Shown: one piece after another, positions 50,656-60,927 of the stretch
Layout: every line of letters begins with the position of its first letter
How positions within the stretch are numbered: the first letter of the stretch is position 1
Assembly (NCBI GenBank): GCA_963771355.1
Contig: CAVYTA010000006.1
Coordinates: 960,001 to 1,024,000, forward strand
Length of the DNA: 64,000 nt
DNA from: an uncultured Candidatus Rokubacteria bacterium
Lineage (GTDB): Bacteria > Methylomirabilota > Methylomirabilia > Rokubacteriales > CSP1-6
Reading direction: 5' to 3'
Notes under the pieces: model-generated
The model's input: only the letters and a program-made list of their open reading frames with translations
Databases searched by the model: none
What the model was told of the DNA's origin: nothing
Position numbers and translations under genes: made by a program

Positions 50656-53276
50656 GTGAGCGCGACGAGGCTGGCGGTGAGCTTTTCCCGCGCCGCCTGC
50701 TGCTCGGCCAGGCGCTCGCGCTCGCGCGCCACGATCTCGGCGGGCGCCCGCTCCACGAAGTCGGGCCGGCCGAGCTTGCCCTCGAGGAAGGCGATCTCCT
50801 TGGCCGCTCGCTCGACCTCCTTGGCGAGGCGCTGCCGCTCGGCGGCCAGGTCCACCACGCCCTCGAGGCGCACGTATACCTCGGCCCCGTGCGCCATCGC
50901 GAGCGCGGACTGGGGCGGGCGCACTGCGGCCGGGTCCACCGTGATGGTGGCCCGCGCGAGGGCGCCCATCAGGGGTGCGGCCTCGGCGAGGATCGCCGCG
51001 TCCCGGACCGAGCCGGGCCGCACGACCGCGGCCAGCTCCACCGCCGGCGAAATGCGGCTCTCGCTGCGGATGGTCCGGATCGCGCTGACGATGCCGATCA
51101 CGCCGCCCATCCACGCCTCCGCCCCGGCGTCGTGGCCCTTGCGCGAGGCCCTGGGGAAGGGCGCGATCATGATGGAGTCCCCCCCACCCTCACGGGGCAG
51201 CCGCTGCCAGATGTCCTCGGAGATGAACGGCATGAACGGGTGCAGGAGCCGGAGCGTGATGTCGAGCGTCTCCACCAGGGTCTGCTGGGTGACCGCTCGC
51301 GCCACCGCGTCGTCCTTCTGGTAGAGGCTTTGCTTCGCAATCTCCAGATACCAGTCGCAGAGCTCGTGCCAGAGGAACTGATAGACGGCCGACGCCGCGT
51401 CGTTGAACCGGTAGGAGTCCAGGGCGCGGCGAACCTCCCGCACCGCGGCGGCGGCGCGGCTCCGGATCCACCGGTCGGCCACGGTGGGCGTCCCCTTTCG
51501 GGCAAGCCGCGGATCGTACCCATCCAGGTTGGAGAGGACCAGGCGCGACGCGTTCCACAGCTTGTTGGCGAAGTTCCGGTTGCCCTCGATGCGCTCCTCG
51601 GAAAGGCGGACGTCCCGCCCCTGGCCGGCGAGGGCGGCCAGGGTGAAGCGAAACGCGTCGGTGCCGAACTGATCCATGATGGTGAGCGGGTCCACCACGT
51701 TGCCCTTCGACTTCGACATCTTCCGCCCCTCCGCGTCACGCACGAGGGCATGGATGAAGACGTGGTGGAAGGGAACGTCCCCCATGAACTTGATGCCGAG
51801 CATGGCCATCCGGGCCACCCAGAAGAAGATGATGTCGAAGCCGGTGACCAGGCAGGAGGTCGGATAGTACTTTTTGAGCTCGGGCGTGGAATCGGGCCAG
51901 CCCAGGGTCGAGAACGGCCAGAGCCCGGACGAGAACCACGTGTCGAGCACGTCCCCGTCCTGCCGAAGAGCGCCGCCGCACTTCGGACAGGCGGTGAGAT
52001 CCACGCGTGAGACGTACACGCCACCATCCCGGTCGCAGTGCCAGGCGGGAATGCGGTGGCCCCACCAGAGCTGGCGCGAGATGGGCCAGTCGCGGATGTT
52101 CTCCATCCAGTGGTAGTAGGTCTTGGCCCAGCCGCGGGGGATGATCTTGATCTTCCCCGAGCGCACCGCCTTGATGGCCGGCTCGGCGAGCGGCTTGGCG
52201 CGGACGTACCACTGCTTGGAGATGAGCGGCTCCACCACCGTCTTGCACCGGTAGCAGACGCCCACCGCGTGGCGATAGGGCTCGATCCGGTCGATGAGCC
52301 CGAGCGCCTGCATGTCTTCCACGATCCGCTTCCGGCACTCGAACCGGTCGAGCCCCGCGTACTTGCCGGCCGCCGCCGTCATCTTGCCGTCGAAGCCGAT
52401 GACGGTGCGCACGGGCAGGTGGTGGCGCTTCCCGATCTCGAAGTCGGTGGGGTCGTGGCCGGGGGTGACCTTGATCACTCCGGTGCCGAACTTCGGGTCC
52501 ACCGCGGTGTCGGCGACGACCTGGATGGAGATGGTCCCCTCCACCGAGGGCACCTCGAGCGTCTTGCCCACATATTTCCGGTACCGCTTGTCCTTGGGGT
52601 GGACGGCGAGCGCGGTGTCGCCGAGCTTGGTCTCGGGGCGGACGGTCCCGAGAGTGAGAGGCCCGTACTTGATGTAGACGAACTCGCCGTCGCGCTCCTC
52701 GCGCTCCACCTCGAGGTCGGAGAGCACGGTCTGGCAGCGCGGGCACCAGTTGACGATGTAGTCGCCCCGGTAAATGAGCTCCTCCTCCCAGAGGCGCACG
52801 AAGACCTCGCGCACCGCCACCGAGAGGCCCGGATCCATGGTGAAGCGCTCGCGCTCCCAGTCGCAGGAGGCGCCGAGCCGCTTGAGCTGCTTGACGATGG
52901 TCCCGCCCGACTCCTCCTTCCACTTCCAGACCCGGCTGAGGAAGGCTTCGCGGCCGAGGTCCTCCTTGGTCTTCCCCTCCTCCGCGAGCTGCCGCTCCAC
53001 CACGTACTGGGTGCCGATGCCCGCGTGGTCCGTCCCGAACTGCCAGAGCGTGTTGTGGCCGTCCATCCGCTTGTAGCGGATGAGGACATCCTGGATGGTG
53101 AAGGTATACGCGTGACCCATGTGCAGGACGCCGGTCACGTTCGGGGGTGGGCAGACGATGCAGTACGGCTTGCCGGGCGCGTTCGGGTCGGCTCGGAAAT
53201 AGCCCCGCCGCTCCCACTCGGCGTACCACTGGGGCTCCACGCGCGTGGGATCGTAGCGGTCGGCGATTTCCGTCAT
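50652..53276 (-). CDS. valS: Valyl-tRNA synthetase
   Basis: PPPNVTGVLHMGH, SRQLWWGH, KMSKS, C-terminal coiled coil. Confidence 0.96.
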   Translation of the reverse strand: MTEIADRYDPTRVEPQWYAEWERRGYFRADPNAPGKPYCIVCPPPNVTGVLHMGHAYTFTIQDVLIRYKRMDGHNTLWQFGTDHAGIGTQYVVERQLAEEGKTKEDLGREAFLSRVWKWKEESGGTIVKQLKRLGASCDWERERFTMDPGLSVAVREVFVRLWEEELIYRGDYIVNWCPRCQTVLSDLEVEREERDGEFVYIKYGPLTLGTVRPETKLGDTALAVHPKDKRYRKYVGKTLEVPSVEGTISIQVVADTAVDPKFGTGVIKVTPGHDPTDFEIGKRHHLPVRTVIGFDGKMTAAAGKYAGLDRFECRKRIVEDMQALGLIDRIEPYRHAVGVCYRCKTVVEPLISKQWYVRAKPLAEPAIKAVRSGKIKIIPRGWAKTYYHWMENIRDWPISRQLWWGHRIPAWHCDRDGGVYVSRVDLTACPKCGGALRQDGDVLDTWFSSGLWPFSTLGWPDSTPELKKYYPTSCLVTGFDIIFFWVARMAMLGIKFMGDVPFHHVFIHALVRDAEGRKMSKSKGNVVDPLTIMDQFGTDAFRFTLAALAGQGRDVRLSEERIEGNRNFANKLWNASRLVLSNLDGYDPRLARKGTPTVADRWIRSRAAAAVREVRRALDSYRFNDAASAVYQFLWHELCDWYLEIAKQSLYQKDDAVARAVTQQTLVETLDITLRLLHPFMPFISEDIWQRLPREGGGDSIMIAPFPRASRKGHDAGAEAWMGGVIGIVSAIRTIRSESRISPAVELAAVVRPGSVRDAAILAEAAPLMGALARATITVDPAAVRPPQSALAMAHGAEVYVRLEGVVDLAAERQRLAKEVERAAKEIAFLEGKLGRPDFVERAPAEIVARERERLAEQQAAREKLTASLVALT

Positions 53277-53286
53277 GATGGGCGCG

Positions 53287-54363
53287 TCATTGTAGCACGG
53301 GGGCCGCGCCGGCCAGACGCCACCCGCGCGGATCGCGGCTCCACCAGAGCGACCAAGGGCTGCGCGGCGCCGGCGCGCCGGCGCCGCGCTCCTCGGTGGC
53401 CGCCACCACCACAGTGCCCGGCGATTCCGCGTTCGCCGCGTCGCAGGCCGGCTCCGGCACCAGCGCCTGCGGTAGCCTCGCGCGCAGCGCGGGATCGGGC
53501 ACCAGCTCGGCGAGCGCGCGCCGGTCTCCGGACTCCACCGCGACGAAGAAGCGGGCCACCGCACGCGCGAGGTCGCGGTGCCAGGCGTTGTGCGTCCGGC
53601 GGCGGACGGTGGCGATCCCGTCAGTGGCGGCGACGTGACGGAGCAGCTCCTCTTGCTCGGTCTGCCCGTCGCAGCCGGGCTTCCAGCCGGGATAGCGCAG
53701 CTCGTAGCGGAGGAGTATCTCTCCCGCGCCCACGCGATACGCCACCGCCCGCAGCCCGTCGGGAAAGGCCTCGGCGGTGCTCCACGCGCGCGCGAATCCC
53801 GCCGCGCTCAGGCGCCAGATCTCCAGACGCAGCGGCCGCCGGCCCACGCCGTCCGGAGCGCCGAACCAGCTCAGCGCCAGCTGGGGGGCGCGCGCGCGAG
53901 TGTCGGGCCACGCATAGACCTCGGGGGCGCCCTCGTGGGTGATGGTACGCGCGAGGGACGCGTCCGGCCCCATCCCGGTGAAGATCCGTACCGAGCCCGG
54001 ACCCTCCATGCCGGACAGCCCGTAGAGTCCCACCGTCAGCGCGCGCGGACCGTCGTCACGGCCCAGGCGGATGGCGCGGAAGCGGGCGCCGCCCCAGGCG
54101 GCGTTGAAGGCCTCCAGCCGCTCTCCCACGAACTCCGGCGAGGCGAACAGCCCGCCGCTCTGGAGGTTGTCGAGGATCTCCTCATCCACCAGGGTGTATA
54201 GGGTGGCCACCTGCGCCTCGCTCGGCGCGGGGCCGAGCGCTCCCGCGAGCGCGCGGAAGGTCTCGAGCCGGTCGATCTGAGTGGCGGCGGAGGCGGCGAC
54301 AGGGACGGCGCAGAGCGCGAGCGCAGTCAGGAGCACGGTCGCCAGACTTGCCGGGTGCGTCAC
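53287..54363 (-). CDS. Exported hypothetical protein
   Basis: Signal peptide, long high-GC3 ORF. Confidence 0.65.
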   Translation of the reverse strand: MTHPASLATVLLTALALCAVPVAASAATQIDRLETFRALAGALGPAPSEAQVATLYTLVDEEILDNLQSGGLFASPEFVGERLEAFNAAWGGARFRAIRLGRDDGPRALTVGLYGLSGMEGPGSVRIFTGMGPDASLARTITHEGAPEVYAWPDTRARAPQLALSWFGAPDGVGRRPLRLEIWRLSAAGFARAWSTAEAFPDGLRAVAYRVGAGEILLRYELRYPGWKPGCDGQTEQEELLRHVAATDGIATVRRRTHNAWHRDLARAVARFFVAVESGDRRALAELVPDPALRARLPQALVPEPACDAANAESPGTVVVAATEERGAGAPAPRSPWSLWWSRDPRGWRLAGAAPVLQ

Positions 54364-54387
54364 GACGCTATCGTACAATGAGGGGTG

Positions 54388-56709
54388 ATGGGTCGCATCA
54401 TCGACCGGTACGTTCTTCGGGAGCTCGTGGTTCCGTTCGCGATGGGGGTCGGTGTCTTCACCTTCTTCCTCGTCATCGACCGGATCTATCAACTCACCGA
54501 GCTGGTCATCACCAAGGGCGTCCCCTTCCTCCTGGTGGTGAGCCTCCTGGGCTACATGCTCCCATCCTTCCTGAGCCTCACCTTCCCCATGGCGCTCCTG
54601 GTCGCGGTGCTCCTCGTGGGCGGCCGCCTGAACACGGACATGGAAGTGACCGCGCTGAAGGCCTCGGGGGTGAGCCCGCTCCGGCTACTCCGCCCCTTTG
54701 TCCTGGCCGGCGTGGTGGTCACGCTCGTGTGCGCCGTCCTCACGCTCTACGTGGTGCCGCCTACCAATACCGCCTTCCAGCGGCAGCTCTTCCACATTCT
54801 TCAATCGCGTGCCGCCACCGGGATCAAGGAGCGCGTCTTCAGCGCCTCCTTCGGGCAGTTCACCATCTACGTGCAGGACGTGAGCCCCTCGCAGGTCGCT
54901 CTCAAGGGGCTCATCGTCTCCGACGAGCGGAGCCCGGCACTCTCGCGCGTGATCGTCGCGCGCGAAGGGCGCCTCCTCACCGACGAGGAGAACAGCCGCA
55001 TCACCCTGCGCTTCCTCGACGGCCAGGTCACCGAGACCGACACCTCCGACGGGCGGCGGGCACGCTTTACCGACTTCAGCCTCTACGACATGAATCTCCC
55101 CCTGGAGTCGCCGTTCACCGGCGCCACCCGCTCGGAGAAGCCGGAGCGCGACCTCTCCCTCGCCGACCTCCGTACGCACGCCGCCGCGCTCGCCGCCCAG
55201 GGACAGCTGGTGGGCGCGTACTACGTGGAGTTCCACAAGCGCTTCGCGCTGCCGCTGGCCGCCCTCGTCTTCGTTCTCGTCGGCTTTCCGCTCGCGCTCC
55301 GCGGCCACCCGCGCGGCGGCGGCCGCGGCGTCGCCCTCGCAGCGAGCCTCGGCATCGTGGTGTCCTACTACATCGTCTTCACCAGCCTCGAGGGCATGTC
55401 GCTGCGCGGGCGCATTCCCGCGTGGCTGGGCATCTGGCTCCCCAACGCCCTCTTCCTCGCCGCCGGGCTCGTCTTGCTGCGCGTGACCACCGCGGGCCTG
55501 CCTACCGGCTGGACCCACGAGCTCTGGCGGCTCCGCGACGCTCTCCGCGGGCGCCTGCCCACGCTCCCCTTCCTCCGACGGGAGATGGGCGCCGCGGCCG
55601 ACCCGGACCGCCGGTGGCGCGCCTCCACCTTTCTCATCGACCGGTATCTCCTCCGGGAATATGCCAAGTTCATCGGCATCGGGCTCGCGGTGGGGACGGT
55701 GCTGTTCCTCGTGGTCGATCTCCTCCAGACCCTCGATCGCTTCCTGCGCATCAAGCCTCCCCTCGTCTACATCCTCCAGCACTTCGTCTACCGCCTGCCG
55801 GGCGCGCTCCACGATGGCCTGCCCATCGTGGTGCTCATCGCCACCGTGTTCCTCTTCCTCTCCCTCACCCGCGCCCACGAGCTCGACGCGCTCAAGGCGG
55901 CGGGAGTGAGCCTCTACCGGGTGAGCGCGCCCGTCCTCCTCTTCGCGGTGGTCCTGAGCCTGGGCGCCGCTATCTTCCAGGAAACGATGCTTCCGGGTAT
56001 CAATGCCCGCGCGGAAGAGGTGGATCGGGTCAAGATCCGAGGCAATTTGCCGCGGCACCTCCAGAAACGCAACCAGCTCTGGTACCGGTCCACCGACACG
56101 CGCTTCTGGCGCATGGAGCTGCTGGACCCGGTGGAGCGCTCGATCAGCGGCCTCCTCATCCTGGAGGTCGACGCGGACTTCCAGCTCGTGAGCCGGCTGG
56201 ACGCGCAGACCGCGAAGTGGACGCCCGAGGGGTGGGAGCTCTCGCAGGGCTTCGTGCGGACGGTGGTGACGGGCAACCGGCTGGAGTCCCGGCCCTTCAC
56301 CAAGCTCGTGATGCGGATGCCCGAGCACATCGACGACTTCACCAACGTGCAGAGGCCGCCGGAGATCATGAGCTTCCGCGAGCTGCGCGCCTATGTGCAG
56401 CGGCTCGAGGAGACCGGGCACCGCGTGGGGAAGTACGTGGTGGAGCTCAACTCGAAGCTGTCGTTCCCCTTCGTCCATCTCATCATGGCGCTGGTGGCCA
56501 TCCCCTTCGCGCTGGCCTCGCCCCGGAGCGGGGGGCGCGCGGTGGGCATCGGGGTGGCCATCATGATCTCGCTGGGCTACTGGGTGGTGCACTACATGGC
56601 GCTGGCCTTCGCCAAGGCCGATCTCCTGCCCCCCTTCCTCGCCGCCTGGACCGCCAACATCGTGTTCGCGGGCCTGGGCACCGCGCTGTTCCTCCGCACC
56701 CGGACCTAG
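54388..56709 (+). CDS. Fused LptF-LptG LPS export permease
   Basis: Two tandem YjgP/YjgQ units (IIDRYVLRE... and LIDRYLLRE...; E..ALKA.GVS twice). Confidence 0.88.
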   Translation: MGRIIDRYVLRELVVPFAMGVGVFTFFLVIDRIYQLTELVITKGVPFLLVVSLLGYMLPSFLSLTFPMALLVAVLLVGGRLNTDMEVTALKASGVSPLRLLRPFVLAGVVVTLVCAVLTLYVVPPTNTAFQRQLFHILQSRAATGIKERVFSASFGQFTIYVQDVSPSQVALKGLIVSDERSPALSRVIVAREGRLLTDEENSRITLRFLDGQVTETDTSDGRRARFTDFSLYDMNLPLESPFTGATRSEKPERDLSLADLRTHAAALAAQGQLVGAYYVEFHKRFALPLAALVFVLVGFPLALRGHPRGGGRGVALAASLGIVVSYYIVFTSLEGMSLRGRIPAWLGIWLPNALFLAAGLVLLRVTTAGLPTGWTHELWRLRDALRGRLPTLPFLRREMGAAADPDRRWRASTFLIDRYLLREYAKFIGIGLAVGTVLFLVVDLLQTLDRFLRIKPPLVYILQHFVYRLPGALHDGLPIVVLIATVFLFLSLTRAHELDALKAAGVSLYRVSAPVLLFAVVLSLGAAIFQETMLPGINARAEEVDRVKIRGNLPRHLQKRNQLWYRSTDTRFWRMELLDPVERSISGLLILEVDADFQLVSRLDAQTAKWTPEGWELSQGFVRTVVTGNRLESRPFTKLVMRMPEHIDDFTNVQRPPEIMSFRELRAYVQRLEETGHRVGKYVVELNSKLSFPFVHLIMALVAIPFALASPRSGGRAVGIGVAIMISLGYWVVHYMALAFAKADLLPPFLAAWTANIVFAGLGTALFLRTRT

Positions 56710-59450
56710 CGGCCCTCGCGCAACTGCCGCAGCGCCTCCTCGAGGCGCTTCTGCTCCTGGCCGTAGGCGGCCCAGTCACCGCGCCGCAGCGCCTCCTGGC
56801 TCTTCTGCCATGCCTCCCACGCGCGCTGGCTGAACAACTGCAGCGCGGGGTCGGCGGCGGGCGGCGCCGGCGCCCCCGGCACCCGCGGGGTGGCCAGCGC
56901 CGCGCGCGGCGACTCGTCTCCGCGCACCCGTGCGCCGAAGATGCGCCCGAGCGCCTGCTCCAGCGTGGGCTCCATCGCGATCTGATTGCCGTAGGCCACG
57001 ATCACGCGCCGGAGCTCGGGCAACGCCCCCTGCTCGGTGGCCGACAGATACAGCGGCTGGACGTAGATCAGCGACTGGTCGATGGGGATGGCGAGCATCG
57101 AGCCGCGAAGCACGCGCGAGCCCTGCTGGTTCCAGAGGGCGAGCTGCTGGGAAATGATGGGATCCTGATCGATCCGGGCGTCGATTTGCCGCGGCCCGTA
57201 GACGAGCTTCTGCTTGGGGAAATTGTAGACGATGATGCGGCCGTAGTTCGGGAGATCCGCCCGCCCGACCATGATCGCGATCATGTTGTCGCGCCGGCTC
57301 GGGTTGAAGCCCCCCAGGAGGACGAACTCCTCGCGGGCCTCGCCGGGTAGCCGCATGATGGTGTAGTAGGGCTCCATCTCTGTCGCGGTACGGCCGTCCT
57401 GCGGCCGGCGCGGGATGGTCCAGAGGTCCTCCTTGTTGTAGAAGACCTGCGGGTCCTCCATGTGGTAGGTCGCGTACATCTGCATCTGGAGGGTGAAGAG
57501 GTCCTCCGGGTAGCGGATGTGGGACTGCAAGTCCTTCGGCATGTCCGCGAGGGGACGCAGGAGCCCGGGAAAGGCCTTGGCGTACGTCCGGACGATGGGG
57601 TCATCGGGATCGGCCACGTAGTACGTCACCGTCCCGTGAAAGGCATCCACCGTCACCTTGACGGAGTTCCGGATGTAGTTGCCGATCCCGCGCACCGGCT
57701 GCGCAAAGGGATAGCGGTCGCTGGTGGTGTAGCCGTCCACCATCCAGATGAGGCGCCCGTCGTCGGTCACCACCAGGTACGGATCCCGGTCGAAGCGCAC
57801 GAAGGGCGCCGCCTGCCGGACGCGGTCGCGGATGCTGCGGTAGATCATGATGCGGCTCTCGGAGGTGAGGTCCCGGGTGAGGAGGACCTTGAGCTCGCCA
57901 AACCGCGCCGCGAACGCCAGCTTGCGGAGGAAGGAGTCCACCGGGATCCCGCCCCGGCCCTCGTACTTGGTGTAGACGTTCTGGTCCCCGGAGGGATAGT
58001 CCAGCTCCTGCGACTGGGTGCGGACGAACGCGTAGTCGTTGCCGGACTCGCCGTAGTAGATCTCGGGCCGGGTGATCTTCGGGAACCCCGTCGCCGCGGG
58101 CGGGATGTCCTTGACGAAGAACTCGGGCAGTCCCTCCGGGCTGATGCGGTTCACCGGCCCCACCACCAGGCCGTAGCCGTGGGTGTAGGTCAGGTGCTCG
58201 TTGATCCAGTTCTGCTCCTGGCCGGGCAGGTGCCGGTAGGACAGCTCGCGGGGCGAGAGCATGACCTGGCGGTACTCGCCGTTCACCGTGTAGCGGTCAT
58301 TGTCCACGTCGAGGAACTTGTAGTAGGTGCGGATCTCCTGGAGCTGGCCGTAGGTGATCAGGAGCGGCCGGTGATCCCAGAGCCGGATGTTCTTGATGGT
58401 GAGGACGTTCCGCTCGAGCGCGGCCGCGTTGAGATTCTCCTCGGCGGGGAAATCCTTCTCCTGGACCCGGTCCAGCCCGTAGGCCTGCCGCGTCATCCGG
58501 ATATTGTGCTGGATGTACGGACGCTCCGCCCGCAGCTCGTTGGGCTTCACGCTGAACTTCTGCAGCAGCGAGGGATAGAGGCCGAGCCCGCCCACCCACA
58601 CCACGATCAGCACCACGAGCCCGGCCACCGGAAAGAGCCAGCCCGGCCGGCTCATCTGCACGAGGCAGGCCGCCGCACAGAGGAGGGCGAGCACCGCGAG
58701 CACGTTGAGTACCGGCAACGCAGCGTTGACGTCGGTGTAGGAAGCGCCGAAGACCGCGCCCCGCGTCGAGTAGAGCAGATCGAAGCGGTCGAGCCAGAAG
58801 CCCGCCGCCCGGAGCACGAGGATGAGCGCGCCCAGGCCGAGGAGGTGCGTGCGGGCGGCGGCGGCGAGGCGCGGACCGCGCGCGGTGAGCACCAGGCTGC
58901 GCTGCACCACGTACACGGCGGCGGTGAGCACCAGCGCCCCCGCCGCGAGCGCGATGCCCCAGCCGTAGAGCAGGCGCCAGAACGGGAGCTCGAAGAAGTA
59001 GAAGCCGAGGTCGCGGCCGAAGAGCGGGTCCACCCGGCCGAAGGCCGTCGCGTTGCGGAACTCGATGACGGTGTCCCACGCCCCGCTCCCGCGGGTGGCG
59101 GACACGAAGGCGATCAACGCGGTTACCGGCACGAGGAGACGCCGGACGAGGGGCTCGATGCTGGCGCGGCCAGGCAGGCCGAGCTGGTCCTCCAGCTCCC
59201 AGAGCACGTCGGGGGGCGCCACGCGCGCGGCCACCCAGAGATTGGCGAACAGGAAGGCCCACACCGTGAGGCCCAGCCCGATCACGAGCCAGCCCCGGAG
59301 GGTCAAGACGGTGGTGAAGACGTCGACGAAGCCGACTTCCTGGAACCAGAGCCAGTCGGTGTAGAGCGGGACGGCCTGGCCGACGACGCCCAGGAAGAGG
59401 AAGGCCAGCAGGATCCAGAACGCGGGACGACGTCGCCGGCCGATCGCCAC
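56706..59450 (-). CDS. UPF0182 membrane protein
   Basis: DWLWF, DP.FG.D.GFY, NIRLWD, YTHGYG, NYIRNSVK. Confidence 0.92.
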   Translation of the reverse strand: MAIGRRRRPAFWILLAFLFLGVVGQAVPLYTDWLWFQEVGFVDVFTTVLTLRGWLVIGLGLTVWAFLFANLWVAARVAPPDVLWELEDQLGLPGRASIEPLVRRLLVPVTALIAFVSATRGSGAWDTVIEFRNATAFGRVDPLFGRDLGFYFFELPFWRLLYGWGIALAAGALVLTAAVYVVQRSLVLTARGPRLAAAARTHLLGLGALILVLRAAGFWLDRFDLLYSTRGAVFGASYTDVNAALPVLNVLAVLALLCAAACLVQMSRPGWLFPVAGLVVLIVVWVGGLGLYPSLLQKFSVKPNELRAERPYIQHNIRMTRQAYGLDRVQEKDFPAEENLNAAALERNVLTIKNIRLWDHRPLLITYGQLQEIRTYYKFLDVDNDRYTVNGEYRQVMLSPRELSYRHLPGQEQNWINEHLTYTHGYGLVVGPVNRISPEGLPEFFVKDIPPAATGFPKITRPEIYYGESGNDYAFVRTQSQELDYPSGDQNVYTKYEGRGGIPVDSFLRKLAFAARFGELKVLLTRDLTSESRIMIYRSIRDRVRQAAPFVRFDRDPYLVVTDDGRLIWMVDGYTTSDRYPFAQPVRGIGNYIRNSVKVTVDAFHGTVTYYVADPDDPIVRTYAKAFPGLLRPLADMPKDLQSHIRYPEDLFTLQMQMYATYHMEDPQVFYNKEDLWTIPRRPQDGRTATEMEPYYTIMRLPGEAREEFVLLGGFNPSRRDNMIAIMVGRADLPNYGRIIVYNFPKQKLVYGPRQIDARIDQDPIISQQLALWNQQGSRVLRGSMLAIPIDQSLIYVQPLYLSATEQGALPELRRVIVAYGNQIAMEPTLEQALGRIFGARVRGDESPRAALATPRVPGAPAPPAADPALQLFSQRAWEAWQKSQEALRRGDWAAYGQEQKRLEEALRQLREGR

Positions 59451-59640
59451 AGAGGTCTCCGGAGTCTAGGCGCCCGACCACACTCGGGCGCGGATGGTCG
59501 GCGTCCGGTGGCGGTGCACCTTCAGGTGCCGTGTGTCCAGGACGAGGGGTGGGCTTCCTGCTCGGCGGTGCCGATGTGGAACCAGGCGTTCCTCGAGCCG
59601 GACGTCGACCGCGAGCTCCCGACGGGCGATCGGCGTCGCG

Positions 59641-60792
59641 TCAGACGCCGGCGTCGTCCCGGAGGTCCTTGACGCGGTCCGTGCGCTCCCAGGTGAACTC
59701 GGGCTCGTTGCGGCCGAAGTGGCCGAAAGCGGCCGTCTTCTTGTAGATGGGCCGGCGCAGATTGAGGTACTTGATGATGCCGGCCGGTGTGAAGTCGAAG
59801 TGCCGCCGCACCATCTGCTCGAGCTTGCTCGAGGGCACTTTCCCCGTTCCGAACGTCTCCACCATCACCGACACCGGCTCCGCCACCCCGATGGCGTAGG
59901 CCACCTGCACCTGCGCGCGCTCCGCCAGGCCCGCCGCCACGATGTTCTTCGCCACGTGCCGCGCCATGTAGCAGGCGGAGCGATCGACCTTCGTCGGGTC
60001 CTTGCCGGAGAACGCGCCGCCGCCGTGCGGGCAGGAGCCGCCGTAGGTGTCGACGATGATCTTGCGTCCGGTGAGGCCCGTGTCTCCCATCGGGCCGCCC
60101 GTCACGAACCGCCCGGTGGGATTGATGTGGAAGGTCGCTTGCTTGCGGTCGAGAAGCTCGCCGGGGATGGTGGGCAGCACCACCTTCTCGATGATGTCCT
60201 GGCGGATCCGCTCCAGCGTGACGTCGGGGCTGTGCTGGGTGGAGATGACCACGGTTTCCACCGTCACCGGCTTGCCGTCCACGTAACGTACCGAGACCTG
60301 GCTCTTGCCGTCAGGCCGCAGGTAGTCGAGCTCACCGCGCCGCCGCACCTGGGAGAGGCGCTCCACCAGACGGTGCGCGAGCATGATGGGCATCGGCATC
60401 AGCTCGGGGGTCTCCGTGCACGCATACCCGAACATCAGGCCCTGGTCGCCGGCGCCGAGCGCGTCGACGCCCATGGCGATGTCACCCGACTGCTCGTCGA
60501 TGGCGGTGATCACCGCGCAAGTCTCGGAGTCGAAGCCGAACTTCGCGCGAGTGTAGCCGACCTCGCGGATGGTCTCGCGCGCGACCTTGGGGATGTCCAC
60601 GTAACACGACGTGGTGATCTCACCCGCTACCACCACGAGGCCGGTGGTGAGCAGGGTCTCGCAGGCCACGCGGCCCGTCGGATCCTGGCTCAGAATCGCG
60701 TCCAGGACCGCGTCCGACACCTGGTCGGCGATCTTGTCCGGATGACCCTCGGTCACCGACTCCGACGTGAACAGGTACTCCTCACGCGCCAT
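59641..60792 (-). CDS. metK: S-adenosylmethionine synthetase
   Basis: [28 protein letters not shown]. Confidence 0.97.
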   Translation of the reverse strand: MAREEYLFTSESVTEGHPDKIADQVSDAVLDAILSQDPTGRVACETLLTTGLVVVAGEITTSCYVDIPKVARETIREVGYTRAKFGFDSETCAVITAIDEQSGDIAMGVDALGAGDQGLMFGYACTETPELMPMPIMLAHRLVERLSQVRRRGELDYLRPDGKSQVSVRYVDGKPVTVETVVISTQHSPDVTLERIRQDIIEKVVLPTIPGELLDRKQATFHINPTGRFVTGGPMGDTGLTGRKIIVDTYGGSCPHGGGAFSGKDPTKVDRSACYMARHVAKNIVAAGLAERAQVQVAYAIGVAEPVSVMVETFGTGKVPSSKLEQMVRRHFDFTPAGIIKYLNLRRPIYKKTAAFGHFGRNEPEFTWERTDRVKDLRDDAGV

Positions 60793-60802
60793 CGTGCTCC
60801 TC

Positions 60803-60862
60803 CATCGTATTCGGCACCGTATTCGGCATCGTACTCGGGCGTAGGTACTCGACCGTACTCGG
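60803..60862. repeat. 12-bp tandem repeat in the metK leader
   Basis: CATCGTATTCGG, CACCGTATTCGG, CATCGTACTCGG, one degenerate unit, GACCGTACTCGG. Confidence 0.75.
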
Positions 60863-60898
60863 GGGCGTCGTTTCGTCGTTTTTAGTCGTGCTCACGGC

Positions 60899-60927
60899 AC
60901 GTTAGCACAGGCTCGGAGACGTCTCAA
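60899..60927 (-). promoter_or_regulatory. Sigma70-type promoter for metK
   Basis: TTGAGA-17bp-(TG)nTAACGT. Confidence 0.55.

Noticed and set aside
59451..59640. Intergenic GC hairpins as a SAH/SAM riboswitch
   Set aside because: No recognisable consensus, and the downstream gene is UPF0182.
43586..59672. Long antisense or alternate-frame ORFs (e.g. 43586..46306+, 54348..57350+, 57462..59672+)
   Set aside because: Shadow ORFs expected from high GC3; they overlap well-supported genes.
60917..60924. Perfect Met box AGACGTCT upstream of metK
   Set aside because: Single copy only; MetJ needs tandem boxes and is essentially gammaproteobacterial.
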